The position numbers were made by a program, and so were the translations under genes. A stretch of DNA of 63,441 bases, the filler included, from Chiloscyllium plagiosum (taxonomy: Eukaryota): NCBI RefSeq assembly GCF_004010195.1. It is 5 parts of one record of this genome, joined end to end, with 100 filler letters (N's around TTAATTAATTAA, not from the genome) between each part and the next. Parts side by side here need not be neighbours in the genome. Positions count along the whole stretch, not along the records: positions 1 to 29,898 come from NC_057713.1; 4 more parts are not named here. The stretch is one strand, 5' to 3'. Below the pieces are notes generated by a model. The model worked only from the letters and a program-made list of their open reading frames with translations. It was not told the DNA's origin and ran no database searches. Positions 1 through 13,920 of this stretch are shown here, piece after piece. The stretch's first letter is position 1. Each line of letters starts with the position of its first letter.

Positions 1-81
1 GGTTGCGCTTCGGCGGGGCGGTGTGGACTTGTTGGGCCTAAGGGCCTGTTTCCACACTGTAAGTAATCTAATCTAATCTAA
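1..81 (+). mobile_element. 3' end of HE1-type shark SINE with (TAATC)n tail
   Basis: GGACTTGTTGGGCC..GGGCCTGTTTCCACACTGTAAG followed by TAATC repeats; near-identical to the 3' end of the SINE at 61505-61806. Confidence 0.85.
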
Positions 82-438
82 TTTCTCCAGTTTCCTCATT
101 TCCCCTCCCTCCACCTTGTCTCAGTGCCAACCCTCGAACTCAGCACCACCTTCCTAACCTGCAATCTTCTTCCTGACCTCTCCACCCCCACGCCCACTCC
201 GGCCTATCACCCTCACCTTAACCTCCTTCCACCTATCGCATTTCTAACGCCCCTCCCCCAAGTCCCTCCTCCCTACCCTTTTATCTTAGCCTGCTTGGCA
301 CACTTTCCTCATTCCTGAAGAAGGGCTCATGCCCGAAACTTTGATTCTCCTGCTCCTTGGATGCGCCTGACCTGCTGCACTTTTCCAGCAACACATTTTC
401 AGCTCTGATCTCCAGCATCTGCAGTCCTCACTTTCTCC
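82..438 (+). mobile_element. Penelope-like element 3' end (pLTR) with degenerate minimal hammerhead motif
   Basis: C/T-rich tract, CTGAAGA-AGGGC-TCAT-GCCC-GAAA at 315-338, and terminus CAGCATCTGCAGTCCTCACTTTCTCC shared with many copies here (e.g. 43740-44060). Confidence 0.75.
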
Positions 439-720
439 TTGGGGAGTCCAGAACTAGAGGGCATAGGTTTAGGGTGACAGGGAAAAGATATAAAAGAGAC
501 CTAAGGGCCAACTTTTTCACGCAGAGGGTGGTATGTGTATGGAATGGGCTGCCAGAGGAAGTGGTGGTGGCTGATACAATTGCAACATTTAAGAGACATT
601 TGGAGGGATACGGGCTGGGTGCTAGCAGGTGGGACTAGATTGGGTTGGGATATCTGGTCGGCATGGACAGGTTGGACCAAAGGGTCTGTTTCCATGCTGT
701 ACATCTCTATGACTCTATGA
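439..720 (+). mobile_element. CR1/HER1-like LINE 3' end
   Basis: GESRTRGHRF..FFTQRVV..WNGLPEEVV ORF2 C-terminus and CTCTATGA tail repeats. Confidence 0.9.
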
Positions 721-1870
721 CCTCACATTTATCTAAATTAAACTCCATCTGCCTCTCCACAGCCCTTCAGCCCATCTGATCAAGGTCCAGTTGTACTCTA
801 AGGTAAAGCTCTTCATTGTCCATTACACCAATTTCAGTGTCATCTGCGAACTTACTAATCATTAGCTTGGTGCCCTGGCGAATCTCCACCATACCATCTC
901 TGAAATGTCTTTTCTAAAATGCAGTGTCCAAACATTTAGACAGTACTCTAGATATAGTCTCAGAATGGCTTTGTTCAGCTGCAGCAAAACATCTTTCTTT
1001 ACATATTCTACCAATCGAGTTATAAAGGTTAATATCCTATTAATCTTCTTGATATTTCTTGCTCCTTACCACATAAATCTTTTTGGAATTCCAATATTCT
1101 TAGCTTTTTGTCGTTTCAAGAGAAAGAAGTACTGCAGTATGTCCTTTTACAGTCCAAAATGAATGGCCTCACACTTGCCTGCATTGAAATTCATCAGTCA
1201 TAGTTTTTACCACTTGCTTAATCTATCAACGTCTTTATAATTCCATGCTCCTGTCCATGCTGCTTACAATGCTATCAATCTTTGTGTCAGTGGCAAACTC
1301 GGATGTATACTTCTCAATTGTATTATCCAAGCCATTAACACATATTGTGAAGAGTGAAGCCCAGGCACACATACAGACATTAGACACTTCCTTCTGATTT
1401 AATCCATACGCTACTTTCTGCGTCCCATTGACTAAACAGTCATTTAACTAGGTCAATAGCTTGCTTTCAATTCCATGAGCTTTAATACCATGAAGAATCT
1501 CTTTCTTGGAACTTCTTGACTCTGAAAATTTATTTAAGCTAAATCTAAAGACATTCACCTCTCGACTACTTTAATGCATTCTTTTTTAAAACTCGGATTA
1601 ATTAGACACGAGCTGGCCTTTACAAATGTTAGGCAAAAGTGAGGACTGCAGATGCTGGAAACCAGAGTTTAGATCAGAGTGGTGCTGGAAAAGCACAGCA
1701 GGTCAGGCAGCATCCAAGCAGCAGGAAAATCTAGATCAGTTCAAATGTTTCTAAGTCTCTGTCACTCTGTTCTTCTAACATAGTGACAATACCTGAGTCC
1801 ACAGTGGTCATGGATCAATTATCTGCAAATTTACCTTGCACTTCCTTTAGGACCACGGTGAGGGGATTGA
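721..1870 (-). mobile_element. Degraded CR1 ORF2 fragments with a short PLE end inserted at about 1631-1730
   Basis: Reverse complement gives SKFADDT-like RT segments (about 835-857); the PLE terminus GTGAGGACTGCAGATGCTGG starts at 1639. Confidence 0.55.
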
Positions 1871-2109
1871 TCTGTCTTTAGTGCCATTGAGCAGATTTTT
1901 ATTGTTTCCTGATAACAGGACGAATGAAGCCATGAAGCTACATAACAGTGACCCTCAATATGGTTCCACCACTGGAGAATGTTCCCAGCAGCAGGCCATG
2001 AGGTGCATCAGCAATCTAGTTCAAGGAAGTGGGCATTCAAAGTACAAAATTAAAGGGCCATTTGTGAGGGTCACCAATATTTTCCAACTGTGTGGTGAAT
2101 GAATAGTCA

Positions 2110-2930
2110 AAGGCAAGATAGTTGGGATTCTGAAAGTGCAATAGGAAGTGAATTGGGGAATTTTTCTCCCCCAGGGATAGATGCAGATTATGATAGGGTT
2201 AGGATGTGCCAATAGAGTGTGGGTGGAGTTGAGAAGGTACCACACAGGAGGCTGCTAAATAAGAGCCATTGTGTCAGGGGCCAGGTACTGGCATAGATAG
2301 AAGTTTGGCTGGCATGTAGAAGGTAGAGAATGGGAATAACTGTCTTTTTTCAGATGACTAGTGGAGTTGCTCAAAGGTCAGTGTCCATAACTATTCATGC
2401 TAAAACATTAACGATCTGAATGAAGGAACTGAGAGCATTGTTGCTAAAGTTTGCAGATAACGCAAAGATAGGTGGTGGAATAGGAAGCGTTGAAGAGATG
2501 GAAAGGCTGCAGAAAGACTTGGACAGCTAGCAGAGTGGACAAAAGGTGACAGATAGAATACAGATGAGGGCAAGTGTGAGGTCATGAACTCTGAAAAGAA
2601 AAGTAGGAGAATATATTATCTTTTAAATGGAGAAAGGCTTCGGAAGTTTGAAGCACAAAGGGATTTAGGAGTCCCAGTTGAGAATTTCCTTAAGTTTAAA
2701 ATACATGGTCATTTGACAGTTAGGAAAGCAAATGCAGTGCAAGCATTCATTTCAAGACGGCCAGAATGAAAAAAAGGAGGCACTGCTGTGGCTGTATTAG
2801 ACTCTGGTCAGACTGTATTTGGAATATTGTGGGTAGCTTTGGGCCCCATATCTAAGGAGAGATATGCTCGCTTTTGAAAGGGCTCCAGAGGAGGTTTACA
2901 AGAATGATCTCAGAGATGAAGGGTTTGTCG
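2110..2930 (+). mobile_element. Degraded CR1 RT region
   Basis: YINDLNEGTESIVAKFAD-like and QRDLGV segments with frameshifts. Confidence 0.75.
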
Positions 2931-3029
2931 AGCGAGCGCGGAGAAAAGAGATAGAGTCAGAGAGAAACTTTCCTTTACTGCAAGCCTTGGAGGGTTTTTT
3001 TTCCCATCTGACTCCCTAGGTTTTTGAAA

Positions 3030-3960
3030 TAGAATTGGACTGAATTAAATTTATTATCATGTGTACCGAGGCACAGTGAAAAGCTTTGTCTTGCAAGCAA
3101 CACAGGCAAATCACAGAGTTAAGTAGCGTAGATAGTAAATAATAGATAAACAGCAGCAAAAACAAAAACACAGGTACAGGCAAATGTTAAGAGTTTGTGA
3201 GTCCATTCAGCATTCTAACAACAGGAGGGTAGAAACTGTTACGAAACCGGCTGGTGCATGTGTTCTGTACCTTCTCCCTGATGGTAGAGGTTGTAGAAAA
3301 ACATTGCCAGGGTGGGATGGATCTTTGAGAATGCTAGCAGCCTTTCCTTGACAGCGGTCCTGGTAGATGGATTCTATAGATGGGAGGTTGACCTTTGTGA
3401 TTGTCCGGGCGGAGTTCACCATTCTCTGTAACCGTCTCCGATCTTGAATGGTACAGTTGCCATACCAGGTAGTGATACATCCAGGCAGAATGCTCTCGAT
3501 GGCGCACCTATAAGAATTGGCAAGGGTATTAGCCATCATGCCAAATTTCCTCAGCTGCCTGAGGAAGAAGAGATGTTGTTGGGCCTTTGTAACCAGCGCA
3601 TCCACATAAAGGGTCCTGCTGAAAATCAATAATGAGTTCCTTGGTTTTGCTGGCATTGAGAGCTTGGTTGTTCTCAGTGCACCATTTTTCCAGATCTTCC
3701 ACCTCCCATCTGTAGTCTGTTTCATCGCCATCTGAGATTCGACCGACTATGGTGGTTTCATCAGCGAACTTGTAAATGACATTAGTCTGGTGTTTGGCGA
3801 CACACCCCTGGGGGGTTCCAGTGTTGAGTTTTAGTAACAATGAAATATTGTCCCCAATCTTCACTGATTGTTGCCTGTGGGTCAGGAAACTGAGGATCCA
3901 GTTGCAGAGAGTGGGGCTTAGTCTGAGATCACTAAGTTTAGTAATCAGTCTTGAGGGGAA
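3030..3960 (-). mobile_element. Rex1/Babar-clade LINE, 3' part (RT plus C-terminal KAQQRL.FLR.L domain)
   Basis: ORFs 3529-4062 and 3207-3731: [92 protein letters not shown]. Confidence 0.85.
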
Positions 3961-5374
3961 ACAATGACCAGAAAGGGTTGCTACACAATCCTGAATACAA
4001 GGCTCCATAGTCTCTTCCAACCAGGTTTTCCCACAATGAAAGACAATACACCACATCGCCAAACTCTCTGAAAGCTTTGTTTGGCTATTTTACCAAAGTC
4101 ATTTGTCTTTCTAATTAGGACATGATTAAGCTGTCAATCTCATTCTTTGATAAAGTGCTGTTTAATCCAGAAAGTGTCCAAACAGTTCAAGATCTTCCCA
4201 TTTTCATACAGAATTCATAAATAAAGATATTATAATCTCTACTATGCCTGATTGATTTCTCTCATCTTCAATAGCAGCATGTGGTCTGGAATTTTCATCC
4301 TGATAGTTATTGATTCCGAATTTCAATCATTTCAACAACATCTAGGAGATTTTATCTTCCAGACACATTGTTACTGACCTGGATCCAGGCATGTTGCATT
4401 AATGCCCAAGGTTAAAGTAGGACCCATCACCTCTACCTTTTTTTGTTGTGCACGGCCCTTTATTTTCAATGTGCTGCACCCTTACTTGCTTCGCACAGTC
4501 AGACATATACAGTATCTTAAAAGGGACAAATTGTGCACGGTCTGTGCAGTACATGTGCCTCCAAATAGAAGTGAAGCTTTCTGGGAAAATAGCTATTTCC
4601 ATTTCTTGCCTCAACTTCAGAATTAAGATTTTAATTTTAAAACCTTGATATACTTAACAAAGAAGCAAAATCCTATATGGCAGGTTTGCAATAGTGACAC
4701 TATATTAAAAATGTCATTTTCTTACAGTTAGAATGTACAGCAGTGGCATCGATTGAAGGATCTATCTTGTGGTGCTGGCACTGGATTGGCAAATACAATT
4801 AGGATATGGAGTTTGTAAGGCTTGACTCAACCATAAGGCAGTCATAGCTGAGAAGGTGTTGTGTGAAAGTGTCATCAGAGTTTAAATTCCCATTTATATT
4901 TGGATTATTTCAACATTTCAATTTGCAGTTTTCTTGACTTAGAGTGAAGTGGGGAATTGATATATCTTTAGTAGTAGTACTTTCAGGTAATGGATCACAA
5001 CAGAGTTAATTAGAGGAATTTTTTCCTAAAAGTATTGTGCATTTCTGATAAGGTACAAGGCTGCTAAGACCTGAACCTAACTTCCAAATGAAGATAATTC
5101 ATTCCTTCTTTTCCTGGTGTTTGTTTATTTTCCAATTTTAATATCTAACACTTCAATCTTTACAGGAAGTGAGGAAATGACAATAACGGCCAGAAAACAT
5201 GTGGAGACTAAAGACAAAGGCCTTCTTAACATTTTATCTTTCTGCTTCCCTTCTGGTAGCCAGGGAAATTGATTGCACAGTGGGATTCCAATCTTTTAAT
5301 GAAGTGTTCTGCCTCTCCACAGAAGGAGACTCGAACACCACAAAACCCACTGCTACGTATTGTAACAAGGAATA

Positions 5375-5700
5375 TGGTAGTTCAGTGACAACGTCACTAG
5401 GCTAGTAATCCAGAGACACGGGCTCGAGTTCCATCGCAGGATCTAATGGAAGTTGCATTTCACTGAAAGCTAATTTTAAAATGTCCATGAAACTATCATC
5501 GATTGTTTGAGATGCCCTTCTCATTCACTAGTGCCCCTTGTGGGAAGGAAATGTGCTACCCTTAACTGTTCTGGTCTACATGTGACTCCAGACCCAGAGC
5601 AATGTGATTTACCATCAATTGCCCTCTGAAATGACCTGGTGAGCCATTTATTCAGGGATCGCAAGAAATGCTGGCCTTGCCAGTGACATCCTCATTATAG
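5375..5700 (+). mobile_element. Old tRNA-derived SINE with a LINE-derived 3' tail
   Basis: B-box-like GGGCTCGAGTTCC near 5420; the tail CTGGCCTTGCCAGTGACATCCTCAT resembles the reverse complement of LINE ends at 9485-9545 and 53120-53190. Confidence 0.5.
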
Positions 5701-8210
5701 AAAGTATAAATTATTTTTAAAGAGCCGCAGCAATTTGTGAATACCCTCGCTGACTTTTCGTTGCTAAACCCCTCCCCCCACCTGTCACTGAGTTCTTAAT
5801 ATTAATGCTTAAGTATTAAAATAGCCAACCGTTAATATTACAACAGTGATACACATTTCACATCTTTCTTACAGTGGTGTTTGTCAGCAGCAATCTACAC
5901 CAAAAGGAATTCAGCAGATATAATTGCAAGCCATGAGGAATAAATCACCTGGAAACATGACAAGTTTCCACCTTTAACACAAACTGTTCTTCATATGCAT
6001 TTTTTAAATAATGCTGAATGGTATATTTTTGATGCATTATTTTAACACATTTTATTACTGTTTGGTTCCGAGTGAAAGACTTTTAATCTCCAGGCTGGTT
6101 GGGTGAAAATCAAAATTGCAAATGAGTCCCGAGGTCCACATGCCTTGAAATCTCCTACGCACAGCTGACATGGAGGCAAAAGGGGAAGCTAGGCAACTAA
6201 TCCACTTCCTGAAGACAGAATGCTCATTGAAAGATATTAACCTAGTTGCATGCCTCTGATTCCATTTCTTGTTCAAAATTTAAGGTTGTCCAGCCATGTT
6301 TCCTGTGACTTAGCAAACACTGTAACTAAACAGAGATAAAGGTTTCTGTGGGCAATAGAAAATTGTCTTTTTCAGCGCTACTTGTGGACGAAGAAAGAAA
6401 AACAGGAGATCGTTCCCTCAACTCCCAAAACAATTCTTCCCACCTCCCACCACATGACTGCTCATCTCCTCACCATCCCAACATTCCCACCAAATCCAAC
6501 AACCTCCTAAAAACCTCAATCTCCCATAATCCCCTCTATGCTTTTCATGATCTTACGATATTGTCCTCTCTTTCCCCAATCTCTCCAGCACCTTCTATGA
6601 TCTGCCCTCCTTCACTGATCTCTCCAATCTTTATCTAACTTCCTCACCACCGATCACTCTAGCAGCTTGGCCAATCTCTGCTAAATTCTGGAGGTGCAGC
6701 TGTAACTATATTCAGTAATAATACATCATGCAGGAATGAGCAACAATTGATATTAGAAAGTATCAGTGCATAGCACTTCAGCTTTAATTGTGAATTTAGT
6801 CAGTCAAATTAGCATTTTTGAATTTTAATACCTTTACATAAAGAAACTTGTTTATTGTGTTTCATACAGATCTGAATGAGTGGGTCAACTCTTCAGTTGA
6901 GCAAGAGTTAGGTGATGCCACAGTAAATTTAAGTTAAGGAAGAAAAATAAGGCAGAGTTTGCACATTCAGTGTGAATATACAGCCTTGTGCATTCTGTAA
7001 GTCTGATTTGCCCCAAAGATATAAGATGCCATTAGTTTCTAACAGTACAGAAACTTTAATTAGAGTTTTATGGAATGCCATAAAATGTCTAATCCTATCA
7101 CGATTTTCAAAAGTTTCCTGTTCCTCCTGATGTGGCTATTATATTTCTCTGAGTCAACACCCAAGCTTAACAAGTAGGCACAATGATCATAAATCATCTA
7201 CCAGACTCATTATCAAATACAGAACAATTGAACACAACATTCAGCTGCCAATGCCAGTGCTGGTAGTGGGCGTATGTAGGTGTGCCAGGCACAGTTGGAC
7301 AGTAATGTCTCCTGAGCTCAAACAGCCTATCATTGATCACAGATATGGAATGACCATTTAGCCAATATGCCAAAGGACAATCTGTGGCTCTCAGCTATAT
7401 CCAATAAGTAATTAAGAACCTTAGACAGCAACTGCTGAATCAGCCAGCTTTGGTTGATGGTGAGACCCAAGCCAAACCTTGCTACTGGCAGCAGTTGCCT
7501 GAGAGAATGGCATAGTATCGTCACCCCACCCTCAGGATGTACCAGGCTGGTTAGATGGCCAGCTGCTCAGCACCCTCAGCAGTGCTCATGACCAACACTA
7601 GCCACTTTTGCCATGGTGCCCTGTAGACTATTGAATGTGCCTGGGGAAGCCAAGGCTAGGCAGAAACAAGGCAGACACTACTGCCAGTGAAGATACTTCC
7701 ATAAGTCATCCCCACACCATGGATACTGGCTGAGAGGCTGCCCTTAAATGGACATTGAAGTGTCTCCATTGGCCTTCAACTGGACAGCCCTACTGGCAAG
7801 GGGGTCACTGCTGGCAGTATGCCACAGAAGCAGCAGGAAGATGTAAGTCTCCTGTGCCTCTACCATCTTGTCAGCCCTTTCTCCTCCTAGTCCATCTCCA
7901 ATTATCTGGTAAAATTCAGCCAATTGAAAGGGAAGGGAAGACAAAATAATGTCTGTGATAAAATCCATTTTCAGTGTTGAAGTGTATACCTACTGTTTTG
8001 TACTGAAAGAAATGGACAAAACAATTAACATCCAAATTCATGAAAATATTAATCAGTGAAAATGTCCAGTAGCTGCAGAGCTCTTGACAAGGCATTGGAT
8101 TCTGGATGAACACAATAGCCGGGATTTTCCTCTTTAAGGATGAGAGACCTTCCCTGCCTCACCACCAGTGGGAGGCTGCCGGACTGAGTAACAGGTGGGC
8201 ACTTATTATT

Positions 8211-8620
8211 CATAGAGAAGTATAGCACAGAAACAAATCCTTCAGTCCAATGTGTCAATGCGACCAGATAACCTAAATTAATCTAGTCCCATTTGCCAGC
8301 ATTTGGCCCATATCCCTCTAAACTCTTCCTATTCATATACATTGTTGTAAGTGTACCACCTCCACCACTTCCGCTGGCAGTTCATTCCATACACGTACCA
8401 CCCCCTGCATGAAAAAGCTGCATCTTAGATCTTTTTAAAATCTTTCCCCATTCACCTTAAATCTGTGCCCATTAGGTTTGGACTCCCCTACCCAGGGGAA
8501 AAGACCTTGACCATTAAATCTATCCATGCCCCTCATGATTATATAACCCTCTATAAGGTCACCCCTCAGCCTCCAACAATCCAGGGAAAATAGCCCCAGC
8601 CTATTCAGCCTCTCCCTATA
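8211..8620 (-). mobile_element. CR1 LINE 3' end
   Basis: Reverse complement of the CR1 3' sequence at 439-720 (GGTCACCCCTCAGCCTCC, ATCCATGCCCCTCATGAT). Confidence 0.85.
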
Positions 8621-10433
8621 AATCTCTGATTGGTGAGCTTTTCAACCAATCAGATGGCTGCAGCTGAGAAGTCCCACCCTGGATGAAGGTGTTGGCCAAT
8701 TAAAGGCCGGTAGCCACTGCAAGCTGTAGTGATGAATGAGAAGGTGAATGAGTTTATTGGGGCAAATCATGATAATGGGTCACAAAGACAGAGAGGTGTC
8801 AGGGGTTGGGGAGGTGCAGAACCAAGGATAGGGGGTTGCTTTCAGCAGCCACTTCACCCTCATCCAGGCCCTTAGTTTGGGCCAATGGAGAACCCCCACT
8901 ACAATCCATCAGGCTGGCTGCCTAGATTTGCCAGAAGGGGAGTCAGCTACTTATTGTGTCTGCTGAAATGGCAGGTAATCAGGGCAGTTGTAAGTTGAGG
9001 CCTTTAAGTACTCATTAATTGGATACTGAACTGCTCTCAATGTTGATGGGTTGGGAAGGCTCACCATGAAACATTCTACCAAGAACTTAATTGTTGAGGT
9101 TGTAGGATGTGAACGTCCTCCTGCTAGTGCCAATCCACCCAATTATTTACTCTTTCTGCCACTTTTCCTGTCATCTAAAAGCAGGGGAATATCCCACTTA
9201 ATGTATTGCCTAAAGTAACCATCAAAAACATCTTCATATTGAGACATACTATCAAATACATTATTTTTTTGGATAGCTTTTTGATCCTAATGTGATTAAA
9301 GCATTGAAATATACATTCTAGACATAAGGGGCTTTGCAGTACATTTATAGGGCTAATTCATTCATAGAACCAGCAATAGGTATGATGGATCATAGAGATT
9401 CCTTCCGTGTTGTATTACCACATGAAATCAAGATGTTGATAAAACTCCACTATTGGTTCCTGTTAGCACTTTCTTAAATTCCTTCATAGGATGTGGGCAT
9501 CACTGGTGGACCAGAATTTATTGCCGATCCCTAGTTGCCCTTGAAAACCAAAAAAACAGAAATACAGCAATCGGCACATTTGATTTTCAATCAACCTTCA
9601 TAACTTAAGTTGTTACAAATGCAAGATTTCATGGGAAGTTATATATTATATGGAGCTCTCTTTCATTTTAAGATAATATAGGATATTGTGGAATGGGAAA
9701 TGGTGAAATCATAGAACAGGCCCAAGTGATTTGGTTATTATCAGGAAGAGACCTAGGTCAAAATCTACTGAAAATCAAAGGGACAGTTCTCACAACAAAA
9801 GGGAGTATCCAGCTTTTCTAGGCACAGATTCCCAAACTCAGAGCCCAGGCTGATCAAAAATAGCTGCTCTGTGCAAAGTGGTGTGAAAATGATGAATGTC
9901 AGTTTGGGGATACTCAGAAGACACAGTGAAGTGATTTTCAAAAGGACACTCAATTATGCTGAATATAACAAGAAGAAGAAAGTCTTCTAATAAATTCAAA
10001 GTAGTTCAGAAGTTAATCCACATGCTACATGGATGCAGAGAGTGTAGAATAATGTGGAATAAATGAATCACAAAGTAGTTTTGTCAACTTAATTAGATAA
10101 TGGAGAAATATTGGTTGCCTATTGAATAATGTTTCATTTATGTTGATTTCAATTTTTTTATTACAGTAAAAATCCTAAAATGCAAAATCATGTCACTTGA
10201 TATTTTTACCATCAATTCCTGGAGAATTTTCACTTTCTTTTTTAAAAACATAATTGATCTTTACAAGAGTGAAGACCAGACCAAAATAAATTGTTTTTAA
10301 TATTTACCTCCATGCTCAAAAATGGTTCGTATTCTGAGGCTAAAACGGTTGCACAGTCTCAAAACAGGGTTTCAATAAGTTAACTTCAACTGCACATCTG
10401 CTACTTCAGATTACTAACGCCAAAACAGAATCA

Positions 10434-10643
<210 letters not shown>

Positions 10644-11927
10644 TTAAATATTTTAAAAGTCAATCCATTCACTTCAGTATAAAGTTACAAGCGAATATAA
10701 CAAAGTTACGAGTGAATATAAGAAAAATCAAGAAACAGTATTTAAGACCTGGAATATTAAGTTTGATTTAAAAATAAATCTGCAGATGTAAAAGCAAGTG
10801 AAGGTGAAGGTAGCCATACTATCGAACTGGTGTTCTTTAACGAATAAATCTAGATCTATCTGAATCTCAGGCCATTTCTAGTAACATAGAAAAGTATCTA
10901 TGATTGAAGGGTTAGCAATCTGGTCAGGTTTACCTTAAATTGCACTACTGCAAATTATGAAATCGAATTAAATAAATCTGATCATTTTTGTAACTGCATA
11001 AAAGAGAGATCACCAGCAATGCCCACTGCATGGTTCCCTGCACGTTTTCAGGGAGAATAACTTGTCACCCCTTCCTAAACTGACCTACAAGTGAATTATA
11101 ACATGCACTGAGGTCAGGTCACCCAGTAAGTCAGTCAGCTGTCGTCAGATCAATGAGGAAACATGACTATGCCAGAATTTGCTACATCACAAAACAAATA
11201 TTGAATCAAGTTCTACACCAAGACTCATCATTTTCAGTCATCCTTTCCCTTCTACCTCAATTGGGAATCTATTGATTTCCTTTTGTTCATGTCATTCTCA
11301 ACTGGTAGCATTGTTATCTGGAACACAGGGGCTAATGTTTTATTTCAGGATGTGGATGTATTCCGTCCATGAACTAGTCAGATAAGTGGCTCTGCATAAC
11401 ATGGGAACATAGCCAATCATGTGGCAAGAGGAAGTCGATATCCCTTCTGTTACATCGTGGGGTCAAAGGTCTAGGCATGCTATTTATAAAGCACCCAGCT
11501 ATCCCAACTAGAGAGGAACATCACCGGTGCTCTCCAAGTTGAAGCCTTCCAGTACACCATTATTTGCTGGTCCTCACTGGATAAGTTTAATGGCTAATCT
11601 GCTCTTCAGGATTGGTATTGCAGACAAGACAACACGTGGCTTTACTCTTCAAGTCCTCCAGGCTACCCAGGAAAAGTGGGAGATCCTGTTTCCCAGGGAT
11701 GGCAGAGTAAGATGAATTGTCTGGATAGAGCTGCAACACAGGCTAACACCATGCAGCTTACTCCAAAACCTGGGTGCAGAGCAGTAAAAGAACAATCTGT
11801 TGTACTGCATCTCTGTCAGTGACACCACGTATTCACAACAAAATAACACTAAACATAGCACCATACAGTGTAGAAATGAAAGTCCAAGGGCTGTCAGAGA
11901 AGAGTTTGGGGGATTGTATCCAAGTGT

Positions 11928-12247
11928 CATAGAATCATAGATTCCCTACAGCGTGGAAACAGGCCATCCAGCCCATCAAGTCTAGCCTTCGAAGAACATC
12001 CCACCCTATCCCTGAAACCCTGCATTCTCCAGCCTGCACATCCCTAATTACTATGGACAATGTAGCATGGCCAATCCATCTAACCTACCCATTTTTGCCT
12101 GTGGGATGAAACCAGAGCACCTGGAAGATAACCACATAGAAACAGGGAGAATGTGAAAATTCCACACAGACAGTCACACGAGGCTGGAATTGAACCAGGG
12201 TTCCTGGCGCTGTCAGGCAGCAGTGCCACTGAGCCACTGTACCACCC
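11928..12247 (-). mobile_element. HE1-type SINE (diverged)
   Basis: Reverse complement: GGGTGGTACAGTGGCTCAGTGG A-box, GGTTCAATTCC B-box, GGTGCTCTGGTTTCATCCCACA core, CR1-like tail. Confidence 0.85.
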
Positions 12248-12639
12248 AATTAAATGGAACATATGGCCTGAACACATGGGAGTTCAACTAGCTGGCTGTC
12301 AAACACTTACTGAGGAAGGGTCAGGAACTGTGATGGGTAAACATGCCCATAACATCACTACATACCTACTGAGCTAATACTCAATCACTCTGTCTCTCTG
12401 CAAGACAAAGCCACTCATAAGAGGCAGAAATGTTTCAAGACCTGGAGGCATCCCGTATAACAAATCCTAACCCCAGTTAAGGAGGCAGCTACAGAATGTG
12501 TTGGTGAAGACAAGAAACAAAGCCTGTGCTAATGGAGAGACTGGAGTTCCACAGCCACCCATTCAGGTTGCCGCCAGTCTGGTGTTGATAAATAGACTAC
12601 GAGAATAATGCCTGAAACATTGTTCAAAAAAGGTTTTGT

Positions 12640-13920
12640 AGAGTCATTCAGTCATACAGCACAGAAAGAGACCCTTTGGTTCAACCAGTCCATGCCAAGC
12701 ATAATCCCAAACTAAATTAGTCCCACATGCCTGCTGCTGCCCCATATCCCTCCAAACATTTCCTATTCATGTATCTATCCAAATGTCTTTTAAACATCAT
12801 AAATGAAAACGCAACCAGCACTTCCTCAGAAATTCATTCTATACACAGACCACCCTCTGTGTAAAAAATTTGCCTCTCATGTCTTTTTTTTACATTTCTC
12901 TCCTCTCTCCTTGAAAATGTACCCCCTAGTTTTGAAATCCCACATCCTAGGGAAAAGACAAGTACCATTAACTCTATCTATACCTCTCATTATTTTATAA
13001 ACTGCTATCAGGTCACCTCTCGACCTCCTATGCTCCAAAGAAAAAAGTCTCAACCTATCCAGTTTTTCTTTATAACTCAAACCTTACATACCTGGCAACA
13101 TCCTGGTAAATCTCTTCTGAACCCTCTCCAGCTTGATAATATCCTTCCTCTAACTGAGTAACCAGCACTGGACAGAGTACTCCAGAACAGGTCTCACCAA
13201 TGCCCTGTAAAACCTCAACATGACTTCCCAACTCCTGTATTCAAAGGACTGAGCAATGAAGGTAAGCATGCCAAATGTATATTTAACCACTACATGTGAG
13301 GCAAACTTTCAAGAATTATGTACCGACACCCCTATGTCCCTCTGTTCTACATCACTACCCAAGGCCCTACCATGAATTGTATAAGCCCTACCCTCATTTG
13401 TTGTATCAAAATGCAGTACCTCACATTTAACCAGATTGAACTCCATCTGCCATTTTTCAGCCCAATGACCCATTTGATCAAGAAGCTTTTTTAATCTTTG
13501 AAAATCTTCTTCACTGGCGACTATGCCATCAATTTTGGTGTCATCTGCAAACTTACCAACCATGCCTTTTATATTCTCATTCAAATCATTTATACAAATA
13601 ATAAATAAAAGAGGACCCAGGACCAAGCTCTGTGGAACACCACTGGTCACAGGCCTCCAGTCTGAAAAGCAACCCTCCACCGTTACTCTCTGACTCCTGC
13701 CATTAAGCCAATTATGTATTCAACTCTGATCCAATTACGTATCAGGCAAGCTCACCCTGAATCCCATGTGACCTAACTTTACTAACTAACCTACTATGCA
13801 GAACCTTGTCAAAGGCTATACTAAAATCCAAATAAATAACATCTACTGCTCTGCCATCATCAATCAAACAAGTTTATGAGACACTATTTTCCTTGCACAA
13901 AACCATGTTGACTATCCTTG
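12640..13920 (-). mobile_element. CR1 LINE, RT to 3' end
   Basis: ORF 13309-13680: VTSGVPQSLVLGPLLFIICINDL, KFADDTKI, WQMEFNLVKCEVLHF; ORF 12877-13080: LFSLEHRRSRGDLI. Confidence 0.9.

Noticed and set aside
7200..9200. GC-richer patches with possible terminal inverted repeats (MITE-like)
   Set aside because: I could not define matching termini or a TSD with confidence.
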